Below, in pieces: positions 37,200 to 50,225 of a DNA stretch of 64,000 bases. Origin of the DNA: Mobula birostris (Eukaryota). The position numbers and the translations under genes were made by a program. The notes beneath the pieces were generated by a model. That model had not been told where the DNA came from and ran no database searches. It saw only the letters and a program-made list of their open reading frames with translations. Where the stretch lies: the NCBI RefSeq assembly GCF_030028105.1, contig NW_027276263.1:558001-622000 (forward strand). The letters are read 5' to 3'. Position 1 is the stretch's first letter, and each line of letters begins with the position of its first letter.

Positions 37200-38952
37200 T
37201 ATACTTTATACTTTATGCTTTATATACTTTATACTTTATTGTCGCCAAACAATTGATACTAGAAAGTACAAACATCATAGCGATATTTGATTCTGCGCTT
37301 CTTGCTCCCTGGCTTACAAATCAATAGTAAATATTAAAAATTTAAATCATAAATCAGAAGTAGAAAATATAAAAATGGAAAGTAAGGTAGTGCAAAAAAA
37401 CTGAGATGCAAGTCCGGATATTTGCAGGGTACGGCCCAGATCGGGGTCAGGATCCGTTCAGCAGTCTTACCACAGTTGGAAAGAAGCTGTTCTCAAATCT
37501 GGCCGTACAGGTCTTCAAGCTCCTGAGCCTTCTCCCAGAGGGAAGAGGGACAAAAAGTGTGTTGGCTGGGTGGGTCGTGTCCTTGATTATCCTGGCAGCA
37601 CGCGGTGTAAAGTGAGTCCAAGGACGGAAGATTGGTTTGTGTGATATGCTGCGCTGTGTTCACGATCTTCTGCAGCTTCTTCCAGTCTTGGACAGGATAA
37701 CTTCCATACCAGGTTGTGACGCACCCTAGAAGAATGCTTTCTACAGTGCATCTATAAAAATTAGTGAGGGTTTCAGGCGACAGGCCAAATTTCTTTAGTT
37801 TTCTCAGGAAGTAAAGGCGCTGGTGGGCATTCTTGGCAGTGAACTCTGCTTGGTTGGACCAAGTCAGGTCATTTGTGATATTGACCCCGAGGAACTTAAA
37901 GCTGTTGACCTGTTCCACTTGCGCACCACCGATGTAAATTGGGTTGTGCAGTCCGCTACTCCTTCTGAAGTCAACAACCAATTCCTTCATCTTGCTGACG
38001 TTGAGGGATAGGTTATTGTCTTCGCACTATGCCACCAGGTTCTTAATTTCCTCTCCGTACTCAAACTCATCATTACCCGAGATACGGCCTACAATTGTTG
38101 TATCATCAGCAAACTTACATATTGAGTTTGATGGAAACTTGGCTGCACAATCATGGGTGTACAGTGAGTACAGCAGGGGGCTGAGTACACAGCCTTGTGG
38201 GGCACCGGTGCTCAGAGTGATTGTAGAGGAGAGCTTGTCCCCTGTTTTTACAGCCTGGGTCCTGTCTGTGAGGAAGTTGAAGATCCTGCTGCAGATTTGA
38301 GTGCCTAAGGCCAGGTTCCGGAGCTCAGGAATCAGTTTATTTGGAATGATGGTATTAAAGGCAGAGCTGTAGTCAATGAAAAGGAGCCTTACATATGCGT
38401 CTTTATTCTCCAGATGTTCTAAGGAGGAATGTAGGGCCAGAGAGATGACATCTGCTGTTGACCTGTTGCTCCGGTAGGTGAACTGCAAAGCGTCGAGGTT
38501 GACCGATAGGCTGTGGTTGATGTGTGCCATAACCAATCGCTCGAAGCACTTCATAGCAATTGATGTCAGAGTCACAGGTCGATAGTCATTCAGGCATGCC
38601 ATCTTGCTCTTCTTCGGCACTGGGATTATCGTTGCCTTCTTAAAACACGAGGGGATCTTAGACTGAAGCAAGGAGCAGTTGAAGATGTCAGCAAACACTC
38701 CAGCTAGCTCGCTTGCACAGGCCGGGAGAACCCATCCCGGAATGCCATCTGGGCCCGTCACCTTCCTTGGATTGACGTTGAATCTCGATGCCACCAGGTC
38801 CGGTTCATCCGGAGGGAGCGGGACGCTCCTCTTCTGTTCGAATCTTGCGTAGAATACGTTAAGTTCATCATGAAGAGAAGCGCCACAGTTATTGATATTC
38901 CCAGCCTTTTCTTTGTGCACAGTGATCTCATTTAGACCCTGCCATAGTCTGC
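37200..38952 (-). mobile_element. Young 5'-truncated Rex1/Babar LINE
   Basis: ORFs 38027-38980 ([39 protein letters not shown]) and 37493-37990. (tatacttt)n tail at 37200-37240. Confidence 0.93.
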
Positions 38953-39302
38953 CACAGAAAGGTGGCATTGACAACCCCATGGTTGGTCAGTCAGTGCCAA
39001 TCAACACATAGCTAGTTCTCGTATTTGAAAAAATAGTGTCTGCCAAGAGCACCATGCGCAAGATAAGTGACTTAAGCAAATTATTTATGCACAGTTGACA
39101 TATCAAATCAATATTTCACTTCTCAGGATTCAGGAAACCAAGTGAAGGTTAGAGGTTGAGAAGGTTGGGACATAATTCACTGAATACGAGGTTGTACTAA
39201 GCCCTATTGTCAATGTCCTTATTCCCACCAAGTCTTCATCAATTGCCATTCCCATGATTGCTGACTAATAACAGCTGCCAGACAAAATTATTTTAAAACT
39301 CA

Positions 39303-40422
39303 TCTCCCCCATTTCACGCACATCTGCTCTCACTCCATCCTCCTGCCACCCCACTAGGAATAGGGTTCCCCTGGTCCTCACCTACCTCCCCACCAGCCTC
39401 CGGGTCCAACATATTATTCCCCGTAACTTCCGCCACCTCCAACGGGATCCCACCACTAAGCACACCTTTCCCTCCTCCCCCTTCTCTGCTTTCCACAGGG
39501 ATTGTTCCCTACGCGACTCCCTTGTCCATTCGTCCCCCCCATTCCTCCCCAGCGATCTCCCTCCTGGCACTTATCCTTGTAAGTGGAACAAGTGCTACAC
39601 ATGTCCTTACACTTCCTCCCTTACCACCATTCAGGGCCCCAGACAGTCCTTCCAGGTGAGGCGACACTTCACCTGTGAGTCGGCTGGGGTGATATACTGC
39701 GTCCGGTGCTCCCGATGTGGCCTCCTATATATTGGCGAGACCCGACGCAGCCTGGAAGATCGTTTTGCTGAACACCTATGCTCTGTCTGCCAGAGAAAGC
39801 AGGATCTCCCAGTGGCCACGCATTTTAATTCCACATCCTATTCCCATTGTGATATGTCCATCCACGGCCTCCTCTACTATAAAGATGAAGCCACACTCAG
39901 GTTAGAGGAACAACACCTTATATTCCGTCTGGGTAGCCTCCAACCTGATGGCATGAACATTGACTTCTCTAAACTTCCGCTAATGCCCCACCTCCCCCTT
40001 GTACCCATCCGTTATTTATTTATATACACACATTCTTTCTCTCTTTCTCTCTCTCTCTCTCTCTCCTTTTTCTCCCTGTGTCCCTCTGACTATACCCCTT
40101 GCCCATCCTCTGGGTTCCCCCCCCCTCCCTTTTCCTTCTCCCTGGGCCTCCTGTCCCATGATCCTCTCATATCTCTTTTGCCAATCAACTGTCTAACTCT
40201 TGGCTCCATCCCTCCCCCTCCTGTCTTCTCCTATCATTTTGGATCTCCCCCTCCCCCTCCCACTTTCAAATCTCTTACTAACTCTTCCTTCAGTTAGTCC
40301 TGACGAAGGTCTCGGCCTGAAACGTCGACTGTACCTCTTCCTAGAGATGCTGCCTGGCCTGCTGCGTTCACCAGCAACTTTGATGTGTGTTGCTTGAATT
40401 TCCAGAATTCCTCGTGTTTGCG
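39303..40422 (+). mobile_element. 5'-truncated Penelope-like element (Neptune-type) with GIY-YIG endonuclease and pLTR
   Basis: Open frame from 39302: RVPLVLTY.., linker C-x4-C-x2-C (PCKWNKCYTC), GVIYCVRCSRC..YIGETRR..RFAEH..HFN..LEEQHLI..GMN. TSD tttaaaactca at 39292-39302 and 40423-40433. Confidence 0.95.
40296..40330 (+). ncRNA. Minimal type-I hammerhead ribozyme, intact core
   Basis: agtc CUGACGA agg-ucucgg-ccu GAAA cg UC^ gacu. Predicted cleavage after 40326. Confidence 0.85.
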
Positions 40423-40789
40423 TTTAAAACTCAGATACTTGTTTTCATTTCACTCCATGGTCTTATTCCTTCCTGTCTCCACAGCTGCCTTCAGGTCTGC
40501 AGCACAACATGACTGCCCTCCCTGCTTCTTATTGTTCCTGTCATACAGGACCTAAAAGCTAACTTTCCACCAAGTCTTTGGTGCTTTACTTCCTGTTCCA
40601 GAAGGAGATGGCACCTGCAAACTCTGCAACCAAGGGTGACATCCTCCAGACGGTTCACGAAACAACTTCTTTCACTTCTTTCATATCTTGTGTGATCAAC
40701 ACTTTGGTGGTATGTTTTTGAGCTGATTGAGTGATCTGGCACTTTGCTGCCTCTGAGGGTGTTCTGTATGGCTTTGAGTGAAGTGTGTG

Positions 40790-41900
40790 GCCCTGAGGTC
40801 AAGAAGCCTGGAGATGGGGTGTAAGCCTGTGATCAATTCCACTTCCCGCTGATCTCGCCGATGAAAGCACCAAGGAAGATTGAAATCATCGAGACAAGCG
40901 GGTGTTCAGCGTCACCTACGAGCCTCTCACTTGCTGCTTCCAGACGATGGTCCCTGCATTCAAATGGTCTCTCTCTCCCTTGATGCTGTTGTAGGATGGT
41001 GTCCGAGTCCTAGGTCTGAGGCAAGGTTTAATTACGATTTGAGGATTGGACTGTAGTCCCTGGAAAACCAGCCTGTTAGCCCCTCGCTAACAGTTACTGG
41101 ATTCAGCAGCGATAAACCCACCTCTCTCCGGCTTCGTACATCTAGAGTGCAGACAACTTTGGTCCCACCAAATCCATGAGGTTGGGATGTCTCGCCCACC
41201 CAAACCCTGGTTTGTGTGAATGCTGTGTGATTTACTGCCCCCCGACAAGAAAAAATAGATCGTAAATTGCATACAATTAAAAAGAAGTGTATTTAAGAAT
41301 GTTAGTTTAAGCAAATGGTTATTAGATGAAAGAAAGAGGAAAAACAAAGGGCTCATTACCCTTACACAGTCAAGTGTGCACTTAAGTTGGAACTCATCTT
41401 GAACTTGTCTATCATTCATGCTCTGGACCTTCGGTCTGCATGAAAGCGCACATCACCTTCCAACTGTCACTCGAAATACATCACGAGCTAAAGGGTCTCC
41501 CACAGTAGTATTGGGTCTTCCTGCTTGAACCCATTCATTTGCACAAAGCACCTTGTACAACAAGGACAGCATCCTCAGCCATCATTTCCTCCCTTGTCCT
41601 CTTCCAGCTCCCACCAACAGAGACCTCTCAGCCTGCATCCTCTAGAACTTCCTCCCAAATCTACCATCCTGATTGGCTGACTCTACATTCCTAAGTTGAG
41701 TAGCAAAGCTTCTTACCTCAGCTCAAACCCAAACAAGCCAAGAACAGTACAGACTGCTCTGCAAAACTGCTAAAATGAAACTCCTACAGCTTAGCAGTAA
41801 AAATCGTAACATTTGTTTCATGGCTCTCTGTGGGAAGACCAATCTCAGGGTTGTATACTGCATACATACGTTGATAATAACTGTACCTTGGATGCTTGAA
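40790..41900 (+). mobile_element. Non-autonomous element with Rex1-type tail, interrupted by an LTR
   Basis: Tail gaagaccaatctcagggttgtatactgcatacatacgttgataataa at 41834-41900. Body at 40790-41051. Confidence 0.45.
41052..41811 (-). mobile_element. Probable solo LTR
   Basis: Minus strand starts TGTTACG and ends GGACTACA, with a CCAAT box near 41671. No TSD found, so the left boundary is uncertain. Confidence 0.5.
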
Positions 41901-41987
41901 TTTAGCTCTAATGCTTCCTAATAGGCTCATTATCAAAGTGCATGGTAATCATGAAGGAAGTGTTCTAGATTTTAAAAAATTGGAAAG

Positions 41988-42495
41988 TACAATACTGTGC
42001 AAAAGTCTTAGGCACATACATATATAGATAGAGTGCCTAAGCATATTGCAAGTTACTGTAGTAATGTTATGTATTGCACTGTTCTCCTGCAAAAAATAAA
42101 CTTCATGACATATGTGAGTGATGATAAACCTGATTCTGATATAGGTCTTTATTGTGGACTGAGAGTGGGAAGAGGGTAGGAAGAGGGGAATCATGGTTAG
42201 GAAAATGAGAAGGGAGAGAGGAGTGAGTGGGAAGCACAAGGGAGAGATTCTGTAATGATCAATAAACCAATTGTTTAGAATCAAATGACCTTGCCATCTG
42301 TCTCAGGGCTGGATGTCTCTACACCCCACTATCCTCCATTTCTGGCACTCCTTCTCTGCCACCTGTCCCACACTCCTGTGATGATCCAGCCTCACCATTC
42401 CCTACATCCTTCGCTCACACCAGATTTACAAAACTTGCTCCCCACTTCACCTTGCCAAATACAGTACTATGCAAAAGTCTTCGACACCTCGATAT
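41988..42495. mobile_element. Tc1/mariner-like MITE palindrome plus composite unit
   Basis: 28-bp inverted arms tacaatactgtgcaaaagtcttaggcac (41988-42015 and 42033-42060), then a Rex1-type tail, then another copy tacagtactatgcaaaagtcttcgacac at 42460-42487. Confidence 0.6.
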
Positions 42496-42506
42496 ACAGT
42501 ATATAT

Positions 42507-42710
42507 GCGAGAGAGAGACTGTGTGGCACGCCACTCCTCATACAGACATTTTCACAGTATTTTTCCTTTATTTTACAAGGTCAAGTTGCGATCTCAACAC
42601 TCAATCCGGCACGGATGGAAAGTGTACTCGGGAGCGAACCTGACTAGCTTCGAACCCGGGAACCTCCACTCCCAGATCCGGCACTGATATCGTTGCACCA
42701 CCAGCCAGCC
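42507..42710 (-). mobile_element. tRNA-derived SINE
   Basis: A-box-like TGGTGCAACGA (42690-42700) and B-box GGTTCGAAGCT (42646-42656) on the minus strand, with a (tc)n tail. Confidence 0.75.
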
Positions 42711-42999
42711 TATACAACCTGTCTTATAACTCTGCAATGAACATGGAGACACTGATCAGGCATAAGTGCACAATCTGCACAAAAATTACCTAATAGATTA
42801 CAGATAATTCTATTTCAGTGACACAGAAAAATGTTGGAATGTGCAAGGACATTTTATCTTGATAACATCAGAATACCGACTCTTCATAACTTCAGAACAT
42901 CTACTCTTCAAAATAGAATTTTACAGTGTTAGCATGCACAATACTACTATTTCTTTCTTGGTTACCGCTTTCTGTGACTGAGAAATTTTATTGTTAGAG

Positions 43000-45456
43000 A
43001 TGATATGGATGTGATGGAAGGTGAAGACCTTGATACAATAGCTATCACTAAAGAGGTAGTGCTGAGCAAACATGTGGGCCTGAAGATAGAGAAGTCCCAT
43101 GGTCTTGATGGAATGCATCCCAGGGTACTGAAAGAAATGGCAGGGATTATAGATGAAGTTTTGGTGATAATTTACCAAAATTCTCTGTACTCTGGGCAGG
43201 TCCCAGTGGATAGGAAGAAGGCAAATTTCATGCCACTGTTCAAAAATGTATGTAGGCAAAGTGTAGGTAACTATAGGCCAGTTAGTTTAACACCTGTGGT
43301 TGGGAAAATGCTTGAAGCTATCATTAAAGAAGAAATAGCGAGGCATCTGGAAAAAAATGGATCATCAGGCAGACACAGCATGGATTCAGCAAAGGTAGGT
43401 CCTGTTTAACAAACTTACTGGAGTTCTTAGAAACATAGAAACATAGAAAATAGATGCAGGAGTAGGCCATTCGGCCCTTCGAGCCTGCACCGCCATTTAT
43501 TATGATCATGGCTGATCATCCAACTCAGAACCCCGCCCCAGCCTTCCCTCCATACCCCCTAACCCCAGTAGCCACAAGGGCCATACCTAACTCCCTCTTA
43601 AATATAGCTGATGAACTGGCCTCAACTGTTTCCTGTGGCAGAGAATTCCACAGATTCACCACTCTCTGTGTGAAGAAGTTTTTCCTAATCTCGGTCCTAA
43701 AAGGCTTCCCCTCTATCCTCAAACTGTGACCCCTCGTTCTGGACTTCCCCAACATCGGGAACAATCTTCCTGCATCTAGCCTGTCCAATCCCTTTAGGAT
43801 CTTATACGTTTCAATCAGATCCCCCCTCAATCTTCTAAATTCCAACGAGTACAAGCCCAGTTCATCCAGTCTTTCTTCATATGAAAGTCCTGCCATCCCA
43901 GGAATCAATCTGGTGAACCTTCTCTGTACTCCCTCTATGGCAAGGATGTCTTTCCTCAGATTAGGGGACCAAAACTGCACACAATACTCCAGGTGTGGTC
44001 TCACCAAGGCCTTGTACAACTGCAGTAGTACCTCCCTGCTCCTGTACTCAAATCCTCTCGCTATAAATACCAACATACCATTCGCCTTTTTCACCGCCTG
44101 CTGTACCTGCATGCCCACTTTCAATGACTGGTGTATAATGACATTCCAGGTCTCGTTGCACCTCCCCTTTTCCTAATCGGCCACCATTCAGATAATAATC
44201 TGTGAACATATTCTTTGAGCATATACAACCACAAAAGATGGAGGGAAACCAATGGACATTATTTACTTGGATTTCTAGAAAGCCTTCGATAAGGTGCCGT
44301 ATAAAAGACTTATCCATAAGATAAGGATGCATAGAGTTGGGGTTGATGTATTAGCATGGATGGTGGATTGGTTAACAAATAGAAAGCAAAGAGTTGGGAT
44401 ACATGAGTATTACTCTGGTTGGCAATCAGTGGTGAGCAATGTATTGCAGGGGTCGGTGCTGGGCCCACAACTGTTCACGATATACCTTAACAACCTGGAA
44501 GAGGGAACTGGGTGTAGTGTATCTAAGTTTGATAATGACACTAAATTGAGTGGAAAAGCAAATTGGGCAGACAAAATGGAGAGTTTTCAGAGAGATATAG
44601 ATAGTTTAAGTGAGTAGGCAAGGGTCTGACAGATGGAGTACAATGCTGGTAAATGTGAGGTCATCCACTTTGGAAGGAAAAATGGAAGATAAGATTATTA
44701 TTTAAATGGTAAAAGACTGCAGCATACTGTTGTGCATGGACTTGGGAGTGCTTGTGCATGAATCACAAAAGGCTGGTTTGTAAGTGTAGCAGGCTATCAA
44801 GAAAGAAAATGGAATGTTGGCCTTCATTGCTAGAGAGATTGAACTTCACAGCAGGGAAGTTATGCTGCAAATGTATAGGGTACTGGTGAGGCCACATCTG
44901 AAGTACTGCATGCAGTTCTGGTCTCGTTACTTGAAGAAGTAACTGGCTTTGGAGATGGTGTAGAGGAAGTTCACCAGATTGATTCCGGAGATGGGGGGTT
45001 AGACTATGAGGAGAGATTGAATTGTCTGGGACTGTACTCTCTGGAATTCAGAAAGATGAGAGGAGATCTTATAGATACATATAAAATTATGAAAGGGAAA
45101 GATAAGATAGAGGCAGGAAAGTTGTTTCCACTGGTAGGTGAGACTAGAACTAGGAGACGTAGCCTCATGATTTGGAGGAGTAAATTTAGGATGGAGCTGA
45201 GGAGGAATTGCTTTTCCCAAAGAGTGGTGAATCTGTGGAATTCTCTACCGAATGAAGCAGTGGAGGCCACCTCAGTAAATACATATAAGATAAGGTTGGA
45301 TAGATTTTTGCATCATAGGGGAATCAACGTTTATGGGTAAAAGGCAGGTAGGTGGAGATGAGTCCATGGTCAGATCAGTCATGATCTTATTGAATGGCAG
45401 AACAGGCTCAACAGACCAGATGGCCTACTCCTGCTTCTATTTCTTATGTTCTTATG
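43000..45456 (+). mobile_element. CR1 LINE (RT to 3' end) with a nested younger CR1
   Basis: KSHGLDGMHPRVLKE, GNYRPVSLT, QGSVLGPQLF..SKFDNDTKL and MRGDLI. Tail ttcttatgttcttatg. Confidence 0.9.
43429..44203 (-). mobile_element. Young 5'-truncated CR1
   Basis: Uninterrupted ORF2 C-terminus 43525-44124 (VRPHLEYCVQFWSP, RRLRGDLIETYK, FFTQRVVNLWNSLP). (tagaaaca)n tail and short TSD-like ttctt. Confidence 0.95.
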
Positions 45457-45504
45457 TATTCTAAAGCATTATATTTTATTAGCTTTGCAACTAAATCCTT
45501 ACTT

Positions 45505-45774
45505 ATTTATTTATAGTTGAAGATACAGCGCAGAAGAGGCGTTTCTGCTGTTCGAGCCATACTGCCCAGCAACCCCCTGATCGCAGGGCAATTTACAATG
45601 ACCAGTTAAGCTACTAACTGGTATGTGGGAGAGAACAACAGCGCTCAGAGAAAACCCATGAATTCCACAGGGAGAATGTACAGACTCCTTACAGATGGCT
45701 CTGGAATTGAACTCTGAACTGCAATGCCTCGAGCTGTGATAGTGCCGTGCTAATGCTATGCTGCCATGGCACCC
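45505..45774 (-). mobile_element. V-SINE (HE1-like)
   Basis: tRNA-like head with B box gagttcaattcc, V-domain ctgtaaggagtctgtacattctccctgtg..atgggttttctctgagcgct...ctcccaca, and a CR1-like tail. Confidence 0.8.
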
Positions 45775-45777
45775 TAT

Positions 45778-46825
45778 CTGAAATGCTCAGCGGGTCAGGT
45801 AGGATCCATAGAGATAGAAATAGAAGGTATGATGATAGATGACCTTTCATCAGCTTTGGATACATTGTTTCTTTGTTTACAACAATCAATTTAATCATGA
45901 ATATAAGCACTTCTATCAAAGCCATTCCCTGCCAAGTATAATCATAGTTTACCCACATAATCCCTTGTCTGTAGAAGCATTGAACCATCTTCCATCTTTA
46001 TTCTCCTAATGTTCTGACAGCCCTGGATGCCTCCAGAAGGCGGATCCCACATTCTCCAACTCCAGCTCCAACGACCCCGGATGAACTCAGACTGTGATTT
46101 ACACAGCTTCCATCTTCAGCTCCTGCCCTGACATTGGCCGCCACCAACTCCAAGCCGAGACCTTTCCCACTACTTGTTCTCTCTACCCTCTCTACCACTC
46201 TCCAACCCTGCGTGTCTCAGGATTCCCATTATCTCATGGGTGTTCAGAATCTCCACCTTCCTCTCACCCTACCGTCCCTAAACACCCCAGCCCTCCCCTC
46301 TTCTCTAACACCACCAACTCCCTTGCCCCTTCTGATCACAGCTCTCATCCTTGCTGCGTCTTTACCTTTCTCTCCACCCTTACCTTCTCTGAGGCAGAAT
46401 GTTCTGTCTTCGGCAAGGGCTTACCCATGTCCCTCTTTTTCTGTACATCAGTGAGTTCTGAGCCCATGACAGTGCTCAGTTCTACTTCTGTTGCCTCCGT
46501 CTCTGAGTCCACTTCCTTAGCAAGAATTCCACACCCCGCTCAGATGACCCCTTCTCCCATCTTCAACCCTTCTTCTCTTCTTGGACACACTGCTCTATTT
46601 CTCAGCCTGTTCTGGATCTTTCCATTTCTAATTGTTGATGAGACATCAACAAATTCGACATTAGCACTCCTCTCGCCTCCTCAAACTTACACCATCTGAA
46701 TGCATTGCTTTCTACTCTCCCCACAGCTATCCCAACACTATCAAGCTTGCAGACAAAGGGGTTCTGTTGTGGTGTGGCAAACTGACCTCTACTTTGCTGA
46801 GGGCAGGCATTAACACTTAGACAGA
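45778..46825 (+). mobile_element. Old Penelope-like 5' fragment (inverted pLTR remnant plus N-terminal ORF)
   Basis: Inverted pLTR at 45778-45856. ORF remnants FSEAECSVFGKGL and IKLADKG/(frameshift)SVVVWQTDLYFAEG, the conserved PLE DKG motif. Confidence 0.7.
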
Positions 46826-46909
46826 GCCTCCTGTAAGAACAACATTTTAAAAGACCTCGTAGAAGCCGCTGTGTCTGAGCACGCTGCTAACTTACAGGAA
46901 AATTTTCTT

Positions 46910-47940
46910 TGTTCTTCTACCTACCTCAACCACTTCCTCTGCAGCTCATTCCACATAGATACTACCCTTTGTGTAAGAATAGTTGCCCGTCCAATTTCCC
47001 CTCTCACTTTAAACCTATGTCCTCTAGTTCTTGATTGCCCAGCTCTGCAGGAAAAATATTTGTCTGCATTCCCCCTATCTATATCCCTACTAGTACTTTG
47101 TACCATCATCCCTCAGTCTCCAACACTCTAATAGGTGTCCTAGCCTGCCCAAGCTCTTCCTGTAACTCAGTCCTGGCAGAATCCTTGTAGTTCTTTTCTA
47201 CATTTTTTCCAGTTTTATAAAATTATTCCAATAGCAGAACGGCCAGAACCAAACGCAATAACCTTGTACGGCCTCACCAGAGTCCTGTACACTGCACAAA
47301 GACCTCACAGTCTTATACTTATTGCCCTGACTGGTAAAGGCCAGTACGCCAAGAGTATTCTTTACCACCCTGTCTACCTTTAACATTGAAAAATGTGTTT
47401 ATACTCCAATGACTGTCTGTTCTACAACATAGTCCTACCTGAAATTGACTTTCCAAAATGCAACATCTTACACTTATCCCTATTGAACTCCATCTGTCAT
47501 TCCTTGGTCCACTTATTTAGCTGATCAATTTTCCTCCTGTAATTTTGATAACTTTCTTCATTGTCCACTCTACCACCTATTTAAATGTTATCTGCAAATG
47601 TACTAAATCTCCATCCAAATCATTGATATAGATGACAAACAAGAATGGGTTCAGAACTGACCCCAGAGGAGCACCACTAGTCACAGGCCTCCATCCAAGA
47701 AACAACCCTCCACCATCACCATCTGCTTTCTACTAACAAGCCAACTGTGAATCAGCTGAGCCAGCTCTTTCTGAATCCTAACTTGCCAGATTAGACCTCC
47801 ATGTGAAACCTTATCAATGATCTTCCTGGTCTGTAAAAAACATTTTTATCATCCTCCCCTCATCATCTTTCCTGGTTGCATCATCAATTAAGTTTGCAAG
47901 ACATGATCTCTCATGCACAAAGTCATGTTTACCACCCAAA
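46910..47940 (-). mobile_element. Degraded CR1 RT/3' fragment
   Basis: SRTRGHRFKVRGE..TQRVVSMWNEL, and the reverse of WRPVTSGAP. Confidence 0.75.
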
Positions 47941-48039
47941 TCATGAGAATGGCAAATTTCAAAGTACACCGCTTTATTCTCCTGATATCATTTATGGATA
48001 TCAAGCATCCCCAAAAGATCACAATATCTGGGGATATAT

Positions 48040-48912
48040 TTCAATAGTTCAATAGTTCTATTTAATATCAGAGGAATGTATGCAATCAATATCCTGAAAT
48101 TCTTGTTCTTTGTGGACATCCCTGAAAATAGAAGAGTGCCCCAAAGAATGAGTGACAGTTAAAAACATTAGAACCCCCCCCAGTCCCCCTCCCATGCACA
48201 GGCAGCAGCAAAGCAATAACACTCCCGCACCCCCTCCCACTTCAATAAAAAAGCATCAGCACCCTCCACCCACCGAGCATGCAATAACAAAACCCCCAAT
48301 GAAGACCATGACCTGTAGTACGACAGTGGTTCACCGAACAATTCGACATGCCACAGGCTCTCACTCTCTCTTTCCCTAATAGAAAAAGAGATGTCCCTTT
48401 TCATTGCGAGAGGAGAGATAGAACAAAACAACTCAATGCTTTATGGTGTTAAAATTCTGTTACACCACTTTTTTTCTGAGTTCTCCGCCCATAGAATCAA
48501 CAACAATATCTCCTCCACCAACGATAGAGAGAGAGAGGGACTGCAATTCACTGAGTACAGAGCCTCTGACAGCTGATCCTCTGTTCCCAATATTCTGTTT
48601 ACTCCTTCATTTGGTGCACCAGCTTAGAATCTCCCCATCCATACAGCTACAAAACCTCTGAACCCCGAATGCACACTCGTCTTCTAGGCTGTGTCCTTGG
48701 GATAGCGAAAAGAGATCAGTCGTGAGCCCCCAAAAGCGGGTCCCACCACCACAAGGAACAGAAGTCTGAGTGTAACTCTGGGTCAGGGTCGACAACAGAA
48801 CCTCATCCACCCTGAAAGGGAAAAAGAGAGACATCAAAGGTAGAAATTAAGCTGTTTTCATAGATGAACAAGAAGAGTCGCCATTGGGTGCCACTGTAAC
48901 TCCACCTCCAAC
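48040..48912 (-). mobile_element. Non-autonomous element with Rex1-type tail
   Basis: (ttcaatag)n tail and tttaatatcagaggaatgtatgc. Non-coding body. Confidence 0.55.
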
Positions 48913-49364
48913 TCCATTATTTATTCAGCTGTTACTACAGTACTGTGTATACCAATTGTACTGAATTGCACTTTCTGAAACAAAAAAGCTACTCAACAAC
49001 CTGTTGTCTTTTCTATTCTGGAGTCCACCCTGTTCCTTTGCTAGTCCTGAAATTTTAGAAGACAAAAATAAGTCAAAGGAAGTTTTTTCTCAGTTAATCC
49101 AAGCCATGTTTCTGTGTAGATCCATCAGGTCCAACTGACTTAATTTTTTAGTCTAGAAGAATCCCACATCTGTTCTGAATCAACTGGTTATCAATTGCCT
49201 TTATCCTGCTTTGAATAAGTCTAAGATACTGTAAACATCCAGTTGCCATTGTCATTGCTGAATATAAGAGGACTGGAAGAATGTGATCAATATCCCAGCA
49301 ATATATTGCATATCATTAAATTCTTCAGCAACCAATTTTAGCACCCACTAGAGAAGCAGACTTC

Positions 49365-50225
49365 GATCATACCAGTGCCCAAGAGGATGGTGGTGACCTG
49401 CCTCAATGACTATTGCCCAGTGGCACTTACATCCACAGTGATGAAGTGTTTTGAGAGGCTGGTGTTGAAACACATCAGCTCCCGTCAGAGTGGCAACTTG
49501 GATCCACTCCAGTTTGCCCACTGAAGCAACGGTTACACAGCAGATGCCATCTCATTGGCTCCTGTCATAACCTTGGAATATCTGGACAGCAAAAATGCAT
49601 ACATCCAAGTGCTCTTTATTGATTACAGATCAGCATTTGATACGACTGTTCCCTCAAAACTCATCAGTAAACTCCAAGACCTCGGCCTCAATACCACCAT
49701 GTGCAATTGGATTCTGGATTTCCTCATCTGTAAACCCCAGTCAGTTTTGATTAGCAAAAACATCTCTTCCACAATCTCCATCTTCACAGGTGCACCACAG
49801 GGATGTGTGCTTCGCCCCCTTCTCTATTCACTTTACACCCATGACTGTGTAACTAAGCACAGCTCCAATACCATATACAAGTTTGCTAATGACATGACTG
49901 TTGTGGGCTGTATCAAAGGGGGTGACGAAACAGCATACAGGAAGGAGATTGAAAATTTGGCTGAGTGGTGTCATAACACTAACCTCTCACTCTATATCAG
50001 CAAGACCAGGGAACCAATTGTAGACTTCAGGAGAGGGAAACTAGATGTCCATAAACCAATACCCTTTGGTGGATCAGAGGTGAAAAGGGTCAGTAACTTT
50101 AAATTCCTGTGTATCACTATCTCAGAAGAGCTGTTCTGGACACATCATATAAATATAATCACAAAGAAAGCATGACAGCACCTCTACTTCCTAGGGATCT
50201 GTGGAGTTTCGGCATGTCAACAAAA
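49365..50225 (+). mobile_element. Rex1/Babar RT fragment
   Basis: [29 protein letters not shown] and KFAND. Confidence 0.88.

Noticed and set aside
42640-42710. tRNA gene
   Set aside because: A and B boxes are present, but there is no cloverleaf and it continues into a SINE body.
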